A DNA stretch of 64,000 nt from Nitrospirales bacterium (GTDB lineage: Bacteria; Nitrospirota; Nitrospiria; Nitrospirales; UBA8639): assembly GCA_965203295.1 (NCBI GenBank), contig CBDBCZ010000018.1:2464001-2528000 (forward strand), given 5' to 3'. The notes under the pieces are model-generated. The model was not told the origin of the DNA. It searched no databases and saw only the letters and a list, made by a program, of their open reading frames with translations. The position numbers and the translations under genes were made by a program. Below are positions 26,527 through 39,100 of the stretch, piece by piece. Each line of letters starts with the position of its first letter. The first letter of the stretch is position 1.

Positions 26527-28320
26527 ACGAGTAAACACAGGTATACACAAGTGTACGTGGGTATACAGACGTATGCACTGTATACACAGATACACATAAG
26601 TATACTCTAGTATAAAGAGGTATACACGAGTATATACTCTTGCATTCACAAGTAAACACAGGTATAAACAAACAAGTCTACGTGAGTATACACATGTATG
26701 CAGATGTATACACAGGTATACACAAGTATACACTAGTGTAAAGAGGTATAAACGGGTATCTACACCTGTATACACGAGTAAACACAGGTATACACAAGGA
26801 TAAATGGTTATACATACGTATGCACATGTATACAAAGGTATAGACAGGTATACACAGGTATAAAGAGGTATATATGTGTATCTACATTTGTATACATACG
26901 CATATGTAGGTATACACACGTATGCACATATATACACGTGGTATACACAAGTGTAAACAAGTATACACGGTTTACTACATCTGTATACACAAGTAAACAC
27001 ATGTATACACAAGTATACGTGGGTATACACACGTATGTACATGTATATACAGATACACACAAGTATGCACAGATATATGTATATTATTACATGAGTGAGA
27101 GGGTACTATGGCTAGGTATTGCACGAGTGTGTAGGTATTTTCTTCGAGCCGAAGGCGAGGGAAAATACTACACAAGAGTGCAATGCCTAGCCATGCCTAG
27201 CCATATTATCCTCTCCCGAGTGTAATAATATACATATATCTAGGTTGACAAACTCACTGCCAAACAAAGCCACGCCTACCGTAACGTAAAGGACGATTGG
27301 ATACACAGCAGCAACGTATAGCAAAGGGCAAAATAGCTCTTACAAACTACGAAAGAGAAAAAGGCTTGCAACTGTAGGCTAGATTAACTTTATTTATCTT
27401 GGAGAGCTACTCAACAATAAAAATCGGCTGGTGGGACGAGTGGGAGGGGTCACTGAACGACACTATGACCTACCCTTTCACTTCTTTTTCACTTAGACGG
27501 CTCCTCTACGACAGAAGCATTCCTTTCGCCAGCTTTTTGTAGCCGAGTAGCTTCCATTGCTTCAATAAAGTATAACTTCACTGTAAATTTTTACTGTAGA
27601 CTAAACGTGCACGCGCTCTGCCCACGCAAAAGGCAATAACGGGTAGGCAATACGGGGTAACCCTAACCCTATCCGGTCTATAGGAAAATATTGTTAGTAC
27701 ACCTGGCAGTATATAATAAATAGAGGTGTACACTAGTATCTACATTTGTATGCACGAGTAAACAGGAATACACAAATATACGAGGGTATACACAAGTATG
27801 CAAATGTATACACAGGTGTTCTCAAGTACACAAAGGTATACACGAGTATCTACATTTGCATACACGAGTAAACACAGGTATACACAAGTACATGCAGGTA
27901 TACACACGTATGCACATGTACACACACGTATACACAAGTATATACACAGGTATAACAGGATCTATATTTGCATACATGAGTAAACACAGGTATACACAAG
28001 TATACGCGGGTATACACACGTATGCACATGTATACACATTTTATACAAGTATACACAGGTATAAAGAAGTATACACAGGTATCTACACCTGTACACATGA
28101 GTAAACACAGGTATACAAAGGCTTACACGGGTATAAACTAGCATTACCAGGTATTCACAAGTTTACACGGGTATACACAAGTATACAAGGGTTTACACAA
28201 GTATACACAAGTATACACATGTTTACACAGGTATACACAAGCATACAAATGCACAAAGAGGTATTCACGGATATCTACATTCGTATACATGAGTAAACAG
28301 TTATACACAAGTTTGCACAC
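26527..28320 (+). repeat. GTATACAC satellite, block 3 (interrupted 27071-27720)
   Basis: Same motif; ~122-bp period visible (gtatctaca at 26756 and 26878). Confidence 0.93.
27071..27720 (+). mobile_element. Non-autonomous element headed by a 170-bp palindrome (Crypton-like)
   Basis: agatatatgtatattattaca...atggctaggtattgcac..gtaggtattttc[ttcgagccgaaggcgagg]gaaaatactac..gtgcaatgcctagccat...tgtaataatatacatatatct (27071-27241); ends cagtatataataaa; satellite on both sides. Confidence 0.7.
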
Positions 28321-28380
28321 ATGCAAAAAAATTTCTGAGTGTGTGGAAACAAAGCAATGGCCACACATGCAGTTATGTAC

Positions 28381-28437
28381 CTTTACTCCAGCAATTTCAT
28401 TTGCATTGCTTAGTTCTCCATATACCTCCTCTCTCAA
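28381..28437 (-). pseudogene. TWNK: Twinkle exon (start of helicase region)
   Basis: tag|LREEVYGELSNANEIAGVK|gtacat, 57 bp, phase 0-0; resembles Twinkle LREEVLGELSNVEQAAG. Confidence 0.85.
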
Positions 28438-28857
28438 CTACATGCATGCATGTAAGGTGCAAGTGAATATGCATGATTGTGCAATTGTATGTGTGTGTGC
28501 GTGAGTGTGCATGTGTGCGTGAATGCAGAAGACAGATTAAGTAGCTCTATTCTGTAGAGTGGGTAACAACTGCAGCATCGGAGGAACACATGCTGAAAAT
28601 AAGGCATATACATTTGCTTGTTGATCTATGGAAAACGCACCCTCCATGTCCACTGATGGACACAGTTAATACATACATCCATGCCCACTACTGGAAAAAC
28701 ATAGACACCATGAACATAATTATTTGACAGTATAGATACTCTAATATCCATCAGCCTATGCATGACTCACGTATATCACAATAAGGCTGACCTCTGATCT
28801 ATCTCACTACTATTTAGCTACCTAGGAGAAGCTTTCTAAGAGAGTAAAGAAATCAAC

Positions 28858-28933
28858 GGGACCCAACTGGGGATTGAATGCAGGACCTTCTGAATGCTAG
28901 TCAAATGCTCTTACCACTGAGCTACTGGATCCC
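28858..28933 (-). pseudogene. tRNA-Ala(AGC)-like pseudogene or SINE head inside a TWNK intron
   Basis: gggatccagtagctcagtggtaagagcatttgactagcattcagaaggtcctgcattcaatccccagttgggtccc: D stem gctc/gagc, anticodon loop ctAGCat, mismatched T stem; degenerate relative at ~41915-41972 (+). Confidence 0.7.
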
Positions 28934-29426
28934 CTCCGCAGAGGAGCAGTAGGCAAGCTTTATATAGCCACTAAACCCGCTAGTAGTACTTGCCAGTAGG
29001 ACCCTGCTAATTTCCAGCTTAATTACTCTCTCATTAGGCCTCTCCCCCATCTCAACCACAATAAGATTGCTACATCCAAACTTAGCCTGGATCAGTCTGC
29101 CTTAAACCACCAAAGATACAGAACTGAAAACTAAGTAGTCACATTGCAGACTCTTCAAGAGATGATAAGCTTTCTGAGAAAAAGATGTACGCCAAAGCAG
29201 TACATCACTATATCTGCTTCTTTCACCTGCCCCACTTACACCCACAACTCTGTTCGTCTACCATAGGTGTGCACTCCAATTTGATTGATAATTAAACAAC
29301 AACTAGCTGAGATCCATTATTGGGCCTCATTTTGTTCAGCAATAACTACAGGAGTACAGTACCTACAAATGAGGATAAGCTCTGCCACATGATTAGGCAG
29401 TGTAGCCTCAATAGGGAAACACATAC

Positions 29427-29549
29427 CTGCTGAAATGTTAAGATCTTCTTGTGTGTGAAAGGTGTAGCTGATGTTATAGCAGCTTTTAAGTTAAGGTCTC
29501 TGTTCAGAGTTGCAGAGCAGTGGGTATGTTCCCTTGATCCTCCGTTGAA
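29427..29549 (-). pseudogene. TWNK: Twinkle exon (linker), 1-bp deletion
   Basis: cag|STEDQGNIPTALQ / LNRDLNLKAAITSATPFTHKKILTFQQ|gtatgt resembles Twinkle PLEALN.G.NL..IL..A.P..HKSIVSFRQ. Confidence 0.8.
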
Positions 29550-30020
29550 CTGCAAGGGGTACAGGGAAGGAGATGGACCATTCAGGTTAGCAACTGCTGA
29601 AGATAAAATACATGTGCATTATATGTGTGACCCTATTTGTGAAGCATGGTCGCATTTCTGTAAAGCACCATCACAAGGGAGACACGGGACCATTCATAAC
29701 ACAGCAACACCCGAAAACATCGGTGGTACCAAGGCAAATACCTTGGAAACAGATTGAGCGGTAAATTTCTAACAAGCTGCGGTTGACGTTATTAAAGGTA
29801 ATGACCAAAGACATTGAGATACATGACAGTAAAAGTATTTTAAAAAGGGAGTACCAACCTGCCGGGTTTTCATGAATCCATTCACATATCGTCATTCAAG
29901 TAACTTAATGCATATGCATATTTGAATGTACATACGTCTATGACTACACACGAACAAGTGCATGTAGCTACTCAGCACCCTCATGAAGAGAGCTACATGT
30001 ATGACTCCTGATGGACTCAC

Positions 30021-30141
30021 CAGACCAGATAACACCGGTCGGCATTAAGCTTCTTAGCAACTGTGCTGCAGCTTGCCTGGACTGGACATCACTTCCCAGC
30101 CAGAGGTAGATACACTCAAACTGTTCTAAGTGAGGAAGAAC
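30021..30141 (-). pseudogene. TWNK: Twinkle mtDNA helicase exon (TOPRIM region), 1-bp deletion
   Basis: ag|VLPHLEQFECIYLWLGSDVQSRQAAAQ(f)AKKLNADRCYLV|gtgagt resembles Twinkle LLPYLEQFRRIVFWLGDD..AAKLFARKLNPKRCFLV; cag-tt-gct frameshift. Confidence 0.85.
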
Positions 30142-31738
30142 CTGAAGAGGAAGGATATGGAGTACCTGAAGGGATTAGAATCTCTTAATGTACACCAACA
30201 CATGCTTAGAGGATTGTTAGAGGTCTCTAAAACTGTAACATTTCATTTAGTGTATGTACAGAGCTATATATCAACTGAGCCCCAAATACAATCACATGCA
30301 GTCATGTTAGCCCCAACATTAAATTTTTTGCATTTAGCCAATTAGATACTGAGGCATTGACTAGTACTTTATGGACCATTCTCCAAGACACATAGTATAT
30401 ATAGAACAGAAACTTGTAACTGTGGTACAATAGATTTTCACTTGTGTAGTTCATGGAAATGCTGTAATTTACGTATTTTGTGAAAGTGAGGACCCCATAA
30501 AAGACGTGTCGATACGTGTACAATGTGCAAGCAATCAGGTACTGATGGGAAGTTCTCTTCCCTTCCACTGTCAAAGAGGAGCTTAAAGATTGTTGCAGAC
30601 TAACGCTGCTTGTCACTTCGATATATTTCTCTTAGATTTGATTCATATCACTACAATTAACAACCACAGATACAATCATCAATTCACTCCAACTTTATTT
30701 ATACACACAAACACCAAACTTCATTTACAATTCAAGGATTACTCACTAGACAGTCAGCACGATGCCGTTGGTAAAAGAGGTGTGTCACCTGAGTGCAAGA
30801 AGCCATGTACGCTTACATGGGTAAATTAATTAGTGGGTTTACACAACGCTACATCAGACGTATGATTGCATGATGTTACGTAACTCACCCTGCTGCAGCG
30901 TGTGGAAGAGCTGAAGTCTATTTTTTATCTTACCGTGTTTCTGAAGCAAAGGCAGATATCCGGTAGGCATTACACTGATGCAAACTCATGTGCATGTTGT
31001 GCAAGTTTCACGGAAATCACTCACTTGGCTCCAAGTTTTCCCAAAAATCGAAAATGGACCAGAGACTAATTTCGCTGCCACCGTGGTGGTAAACGCGGAC
31101 TCATCTCAGAAACGGTAAGTAGTAGGGCAAAGAAGTTTTTAAGGCATGCGTACCTAAAGTAGAGGAAAGCTCTGCCGTTTGCTGCTAGTTCACAGCTCGT
31201 ACTTGGGCTGAGTTACGAGCGTGCAAATCGTGGCACTTTTTTCGAAGTTTAGCGCTTCATATTTGCAAGAATACTTGTACACAGGTAATGATAACTACAT
31301 ATATAGTAGACAGGAAGGTAATATAGCTGTACAGAAAGAATAGCTCTGCTGAACCGCTTGGCTCCAAGTTTTCCCAAAATTCAAAGTTGGTAGGCGCGAT
31401 AGTGGACGGCGATGTGGTGGTGGTCCAGGCATCATTTCGGGAGCGCGGTCCCAACTGGTCACTCTGTCTTTGTAGACTTCAACAAACCTGTTACAACATC
31501 TGCAACACTCAATCACAGAAACCAAATACACTTTGAGATATAGCCGTGCAAAGTAGCTGCCCTTCCAACGCTTACAGCTACCATACATTACAATACGTCT
31601 GGTTAAACCGGAAGTGATCACGTAATTATCGACGGCATCGTGCAGACTGTAGAGTAAGCTACTGATGACCAGCCACCCCCTAGTGCACCGAGCGTGCAAA
31701 TTACCCGTAGTGGGCGGGGCCTTCAATCGATAGTAAAG

Positions 31739-32644
31739 ACCCTTTCACACTTTGAGTTGAAAGTTTGGTGTTTTTCTATGGCTTGGTTCTGGAGCTATAG
31801 CAAACTTTAAATTCGGGACACCGCTATGATTGGGCAAATGTATGTATTGCTGGCCTCCATTTTGCATTTTCTCCCTGAAGCAACTTTCGGTGATCTCTCT
31901 TCATTATTGGGAAGCCCCACTACCAAGCTGCCACACACCAACCTTTCGCCATCGTTGCTGCTTTGAGCACAGAGGAGTGCTGTTGAATGTAGAGCCGTGT
32001 CACCCTCTCCATAATCGGACAGTGGATTATTTTTTTTGCCGTGTAAGGAGCCCAAGACACTCTCCAATGCTAAGATTGGGATATCATTGGGAATGTAGAC
32101 ACTTAGCAACACAACGGTGCAAGTCTGATGTTTAGATGTCGTGTCCTTCCCGAGATAGAGCTGCTTTACCTGATTTCGTACACTAAAAGCTTCAGCATTA
32201 AGGCGAACAGCTCTATCTTGAGAACCATAGCACGTACGTGTAAACATCGGGCTTGCACAGTTGTGCTGCTAAGTACCTGTACTTTACAACAATATCCAAA
32301 TGCTAGCGCTACAGAGTGTTATGGGGTCTATACACAGAAAAAACTCGAAATCCACTGTCCGATTATAGAGATTGTGACACAGCCATACATTCAGCAGCAC
32401 CCCCTGTGCTCAAAGCAGCTACTATGGCGAAAGGTTGGCGTGCGGCAGCATGGTACTGGGGCTTCCCAATAATAAAGAAAGAACACTGAAAATTGCTTCA
32501 GGGAGGAAACACGGAATAGAGACCGACAATATATAGATTTGCCCAATCATAGCTTTGCCCGAATTTAAATTTGGAAGGCTATACATGTAGCTCCAGAACC
32601 AAGCAATGGAGGAACACCAAACTTCAACTTAAAGTGCGAAGGGT
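31739..32644. mobile_element. 906-bp foldback element (~435-bp diverged inverted arms, ~22-bp spacer)
   Basis: accctttcacactttgagttg vs caacttaaagtgcgaagggt; internal pairs such as ccaacctttcgccat/atggcgaaaggttgg, ataatcggacagtggatt/aatccactgtccgattat, agatagagctg/cagctctatct. Confidence 0.9.
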
Positions 32645-32755
32645 TTGTACTATCCTGCCCACTTCCAGTAATTTACACACTCGGCGCTACCACGTCCGAA
32701 TATACCTGGTGGCAGACCAACAGTGGCTTACTCTATTAGCGTCTGTCAGTCTGTG

Positions 32756-33945
32756 AGGTAGTCTTGAGTTTTAGTACCGTGTAGTCTTGAGTTAGGCCGT
32801 GTTTGTCGATTGTATTAGTCTGTCTGTTCGTTAGTTTTGAGTATTAGCACCTAAGCCGTGTTTCTTGAATGTAGTAGTGCATGTCTGTTAGTTAGTTCTA
32901 AGTTTTAGTCTTAGGCTGTGTTTCCCGATCGTATTAGCGTCTGCTTCTTAGTTTGCAGTTGTAGTTTTTAGGCCTAGTTTCTGGCATGCATATTCTCTGT
33001 CTGTTAACTAGTCTTGTATCTAAGCCATGTTTTTTGGCTGTATTAGTGCCTGTCTGTTAGTTAGTCTTGAGTTTTAGTACTTAGCAATTGTTTCTCGACT
33101 GTATTAGTGTCTGTCTGCCTGTTAGTCTTCAGTTCTAGTTTTTAAGCCGTGTTTCTCGACTGTATTAAAGTCTGTCTGTTCTTTAGTTATGAGTTTTAGT
33201 AATAACTTCGTGTATATCGACTGTATTAGTGCCTGTCTACTAGTTAGTTTTGCGTTTTAGTTTTTAGGCCATGTTTCTGGCATGCGTTTGTCTATTATTT
33301 CGTCTCGAGTTCCACTATTTAGGCCATGTTTCTCAACTGTATTAGAGGTTGTCTGTTAGTTAGTTTTGAGTTTTAGTATTTAGGCTATGTTTCTCGACTG
33401 TATTATGTCTGTCCGTCTATCTGTTAGCTAGTCTTGAGTTTCAATATTTAGGCTGCCTTTTTTGATTGTAATAGTGTGTCTGTTAGGTAGTCTTGAAGAT
33501 TACTATTTAGGCTGTGTTCCTCAACAGTATTAGTGTCTATGGGTTAGTTAGTTAGCAGTTTCAGTATTTAAGCCGTGTCGCTGGCATGCGTAAGTCTCTG
33601 CCTGTTAGTTAGCCTTGAGTTTTTGTATTTAAGCCATGTTTATTGACTGTATGAGAGTCTGTTTGTCTTGAGTTTTAATATTCAGGCCGCCTTTCTCGAC
33701 TTTATTACTGTCTGCCATTTAGTTAGTCTTGCATTTTAGTATTGAGGCCCTGTTTTTTGACTGAATTAGTGTCTGTGCATTAGTTAGTCTTGAATTTTAG
33801 TATTTATGCCGTGTTTATCAAATGTATTAGTTTTTGTCTGTTAGTCTTCAGTTTTAGTATTTAGGCTGCCTTTCTCAAATTTATTGGTGTTTCTCCATTA
33901 GTTATCCTTAAGTTTTAGTATTGAGGCTGTGCTTTTCAACTGCTG
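32756..33945. repeat. ~61-bp tandem repeat, ~20 diverged copies
   Basis: gttagtcttgagttttagtatttaggccgtgtttctcgactgtattagtgtctgtctgtta consensus; anchors at ~33061, 33122, 33183, 33244. Confidence 0.92.
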
Positions 33946-35089
33946 TTTTCTGAGGTAAACCGCCACATTCAGCACTAGAAAACTTAGAGTACACATAACA
34001 AGGCAATAATGAAAAAAGCACTTTCAAAAAAGTGCAAAACCAGTCATGTACGGATGCACTTCCACCAAAAAAAACACTTCCCCAAAAACCAATGGAACAA
34101 GCAACAATGCATTCAGGAGGCATGCACAGACTACCCACACATCACAGTGTGATGCATTTACCGCGTACCTACCATCCCTACATCTTTCCAACCAGTGGTA
34201 GTGTAATTTGTAATGTGTGTGTATATGTGTAGCTAATGTGTGAGTGTGTTGGTGGTTGTGGAAGGTATGTGAAAGAGTTGATTGTGTAAATGTTGGACAA
34301 GTGAATGGTTAAGGCGGTGTTTGTATAAAAAAGGGTCTGGGAGTATTCGGAGATGTGTGGTTGAGTGTTGTGAAGTTTTGTGAGTGTTGTGAGGTAGTAT
34401 GTGCGTGGATGTTCTTTATAGGGAGGTCGATATGGGTGTTTTTTGTAATTTAAAAGTTTGCTCTTTGTTCAGACTTTCCTCCTATCAAACCCCTATTGCC
34501 CTTTCAACTTCCTCAAGCTGTATAGATTGAATATTTTCATCACTAGCACAAAACACCTTCAGGGGGCGATAGTAGTAAGACAGTACGGGATACAGGTAGA
34601 TGTGATGGCACTGTATGCAAGAATGATCACTGGCCCCTACGTTTGTAAAAGAAAAGCAGCTAGGATTCAAACTAGACCTTTACAAACATGGGACCTACTA
34701 TGAGAGGTAAACCTTCAAATAATACCAGAATATCAGAAGTTTGAGTGCCACATTTTCTATGAAGGGAAAATTAAGTGCATCACTACTGCTAAAACGTGTG
34801 TAACTGCTACTCCAGAGTGGATTATGCTGTATTGTACCAGAAATATGGAAATTAACTCCTACTGAATGTTGCCTAACTGCAACCCCAACCCTAACGTCAC
34901 AAAGGGTGTTAAATAGAGAGTAATTAAATTCGGGTATTTGCTAGGTCCATGTGGTATAGTAGCAACATTATGGAGCTAGCTACCCTCAATAAAACAAGTT
35001 CAACAACCATTTACCTCGCACTCCTGTCTATAGGGGTAATCTATAGTTAATATAGACTCCATAACATCCCGGAGTCTATATTATCTATG

Positions 35090-35642
35090 GGTAAACGTAG
35101 GCCAGACAATTATTTTTCTGGGGGGGGGAGGGGGGAGTATCGTCTGGTGACTATTGCCAACATTTCGTTGCATCCGCCAAAATGTTGGAAGAAAATTAAT
35201 GTTGGTGAGTAGTCACATGACCAAGATGTCTGCTGCTATTCTAAGAGCCGAGTTTGTGCTGCAATCTAAAGCTATAAAGCTTTTCGAATACACTCATGCA
35301 GCTACGTCCAAAGCTGGAATTACAGTGGTCAAGTGATTTGTACAAGGGAGAGACGTGTTGTGAGCCTTCCGTGTAGCGGTAAGTCTCTATGCTACTTGCT
35401 AGTGTTTCATGTTAAGTTTAAAAGGTAAGAAACTCTGTTATACACAAGATCAACTTTCGCGAGATCAACTGGCTTGCAAGACTAACGACATAGCATGCTT
35501 TTCGCTATAAAGTACTATACACTCCCTTATGTGACGTCCTACAGTAGACCTAGTTACATAATTTGCATAAAGGAACGGAACTGCGGCAATAGTCACCAGA
35601 CTACACTCCTCCCTCGTTAAAATACTCTAGCCCGAGAGACTA
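35090..35642. mobile_element. MITE-like element with subterminal inverted repeats
   Basis: gtctggtgactattgcc (35142-35158) and ggcaatagtcaccagac (35585-35601) form a perfect 17-bp IR; right end gcccgagagacta resembles the TA-hairpin family. Confidence 0.65.
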
Positions 35643-36011
35643 GTAAAATAGCATGTGATTAGAGCACGGGTAAATTTCTTTTCCACCGCGTACCTGGAGA
35701 AAGTGCTGTGCCTGTTGGTACATAGCCTCGTCTAGACACTTCACCCCCAGTATCGTCAGGACCGTCTCGTCGCATGCAGAGCACTTCAAAACATCGTGCG
35801 CGATCTCATGGGAAATCTGTAGAGTCTCGGAAAGCCCGCTTAGCTCGTCCAACACACGGAATAAGGCACCGAGGAAGTCTTCCCGAATTTTTGCCTTATA
35901 AGATGGCTTTTCCTGGCTGCCTGGAGCTAGGTATCCAAGATGAAGGACATAACTTGAGCTAGCTATTATAGCTAGATATAAGGCGACGTGGCTGGGCAAG
36001 ACTCACATGTA

Positions 36012-36046
36012 CCAATCACGAGAGCAATTTAGGAATGGGGGCGGGG
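36012..36046 (+). promoter_or_regulatory. Candidate promoter: CCAAT box and GC box
   Basis: ccaat at 36012 and ggggcgggg at 36038, ~125-155 bp upstream of ATG 36169. Confidence 0.4.
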
Positions 36047-36168
36047 CTCGCTAGGAGCGAGCGTAGTCTCGCGGGCCAGACTAACTTTTCGCCTCCGTGG
36101 GAAATACTCCCGAAAAGTTAGTCTTGCCCGCGAGACTAGAGCGAGCGTACGCGACGAGGAACGGTTGG

Positions 36169-39100
36169 ATGAACGTGTTGCCAAACGTTACAGGGTCTTC
36201 AGTAGGTTGCTCTGACAGTCATACCCCAGGGTAAGTGGAACAGATACTGCCGCTCATCTGCCTGAGGCAAAAGTAGCTTAAATTATGGGTGAGAGTATCT
36301 GACTACTATATTTCTGGGTCAGGTCGTTTTCTCGTTACCAGCGCAAAACTAAGGCTAACACCGCCTTAGTATCCTTCGCCTTGATTGTGAGCTGGGAGCG
36401 AGACTAGTCCAATCCTTAGTCTGGGTGGTGGGGATGGTCTGATCCAAACCTGGGCTGGCTGCATGACTTCACACTTCAAACTATTGGTAAGGTTTCTGTC
36501 TGATTTCCAGCATAATTTCATGCAGGATGGGGACAGATACACTAACCTTAGCTGCTCTACTAAGTAGCTGAATGCTGCTTTTTGGGCCACACTAGCGTCT
36601 GTAGCTACATCAGCCAACGTTCCACAGTTCCATTATCAAGTATATATAAGCTTTAATATTTAGACTCGAACATCAAGTTGAAGAGCACTCTAATGGATAG
36701 TGTGCTAGATATAATCCTGAGATGGAACCCGCACAGTGCCAGGATTTATCTTTCCCTGCATTGCTTAATATTTTGTCATTTGTTCGATCTATCAACTGTA
36801 CTGTGCATTGCCTTTTATGAATTCATGAGCTCTGTTTAGGCATTTCAGGATCCCGTTTAAAAAGAACTCGATATACATGGATGTGTAAACGCACTAATTC
36901 AATTCAGAAACTAAACCTCATCAGCAACATGATGTGGGTTACCAGTATGCTCATAAGCCAGTTTCCAAAATCAGTACATTGACTCCTATAAGATTTATTG
37001 TACCCTGAATCTTGAACCATATGCCTGTATTTTAGAGATTTGGGTTTATTTGGGATTAGTGCCACACACAGATTTATTAAATGTACAATACAGTTTATCA
37101 GTTAGTACCAATTCACAGACTGAGGGGGTAGTTTCCAGTTCACAAGAAAATGCTTCTGCCATTAGTTTTGAATTTATTGGCCGGGGAGAGCCTTGGAATA
37201 AGGCAAATTTCCTTTTTTTCTTCTGTAGGTATGGTGGATACTGTCCTATTAAGGATACATATGGTGCAACATTTGGAACTGCTACCAAACATTACCACCA
37301 GATTGTGTGAGCATCTCTAAACCGTAGATAGGCAAATCTCTCACCCAAATGTCCACACGTAGAGGAGTGTTTGGATGATTAATTCCTTAATCAACCAGAA
37401 GGCTATAACAAGCCTTCTGGTTTGAAATTGAATCACCAACAAAACTGCATTCCCTGCAATGTTGCTATGATGTGTACTTGAATTACGATAAATAACAATA
37501 GCTACCAAGTCTGTGACAGCAAAGTAACCACTGGAGATCTTCCTTTGTACATGAGTGCATGAACAGCTGCCACCTCAGGACTAATTAATCAGACTTCTGC
37601 TATAGTAATAAGTTCAGTCTAATGTCTGCCTTCTACAGTAACTACGAACCTGTAGGTAGCATTCAAAACTCTTATCTTCATGTATAGTTTTTTGATTAGC
37701 AAGCACGTGCATATAGCTAGTGGCCAAGATCAGAGAGCCTGTGTGGGCATGCTGTGCACTCAACTGGTTGATAGTGTCTACCGTCATGGCATTCCATGCA
37801 GAAATTGCAATGTTGTAAGGTAAAAAAATATGGTGTACATGTTTGCAGAGTAACGTAGGCTCTCATGATCAATATCTTCATTTGCATTTATAATACATCT
37901 ACCGTTCATTGTATGGGAAATTCATCAATAATGTTTTCATTGGTGCTCTGCAGTCATCAGGAGAGCCTAAACTCTAGCAGGAAACCACTAAAGAGGACAG
38001 CTAGCGAGAGTGGCATGACTTTTGTTGAACTATACTTCTCTATTTCAAGGTAAAGTGTTTCTTTAGCTAATATTCTTACATACTACTTCAGTGTCTGAAG
38101 TATATTCTGGGGTACATCAACTCGGTCTGAGAAATATCTCTCCGATAATTTATAGCTAAAGCTGACACCAATATCTTGAGGGTAGATGCTTGGGAACTAC
38201 CCCTTGACGAGTATTCTTGTTTCCAACACATTTATCCAAGTTTCATGGTGTGAGGTATAAATAATACTGCCTTTTTTTAGGACAACCAATAACCAAAGGC
38301 TCAGGCAACAATTAATGTTCGGGAGAATGTTTGCAACTTTATTGCCAAGATCTGCTGTTCTACTTGAAGTAAGAAATAATGCTCCCGAGGTGAAAAAAAA
38401 ATTAGACTCGCCTTCACCATTTTGCGGGAACTTTTACTCTGTGTATGAAACCCTGCAACATATGTGCTGTAATGGTGTCTGGCAGGCTATAGCAAAAGCA
38501 CTAATTGTCACTCTTTCAGTTATTGAGAGTGTGTGCAGCCCGCTTGTATATTCCTCTGAACACTTCCCCACTCTTTCTTGCACTTGTCTGAAATCTGCAC
38601 AAACAGCTATTCTCCCAGAGTCTAGTGCTTAAAGCTACAGTGATTATGTCATCTCAAACTATTAGCTGTAGGTCTCAGGTAGTGTGCAGGTAGATACAAT
38701 GAATATAGGAGAGAAAATTGAATCAATTACGTAGGTTTTTAAGTCATAGGAATATCAGTACAGTTGCAAGAAGGTTATTGCTAGTTTCGGTACTTAGTCC
38801 TACTTAGAATAGTGTGGGCTTGTAATAAAAGGCAGACAGCTTCCTTGGAATCTACTCAGCTAGGAGCAGCTAAAAAAATATTTGGCTGCTCTTCTAAAAC
38901 GTGCAATGAAGCAGTAGGGGGATATGGGGTTAGAATCTTTGAAAGGCAGGAGGGATAGATGCAAAATTAAGTGATGGTATAAAGTCAATAATTTGAATGC
39001 TGAGAGATATCCTAGATTACTACTAGACAGTGAATGGGAAGTGAAGCCGTGTAGGGGTAGGCAGAGGAAGACCTGGAGGAAAATTATATGGCGATCAGGA

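Noticed and set aside
27658..27670. taaccctaaccct telomere-like motif
   Set aside because: Only two units; expected by chance
28858..28933. Functional tRNA-Ala gene
   Set aside because: T stem is mismatched and the acceptor geometry is atypical; fits a SINE head or pseudogene
35640..35999. 119-aa minus ORF
   Set aside because: Non-ATG start, no recognisable motif, lies between mobile elements
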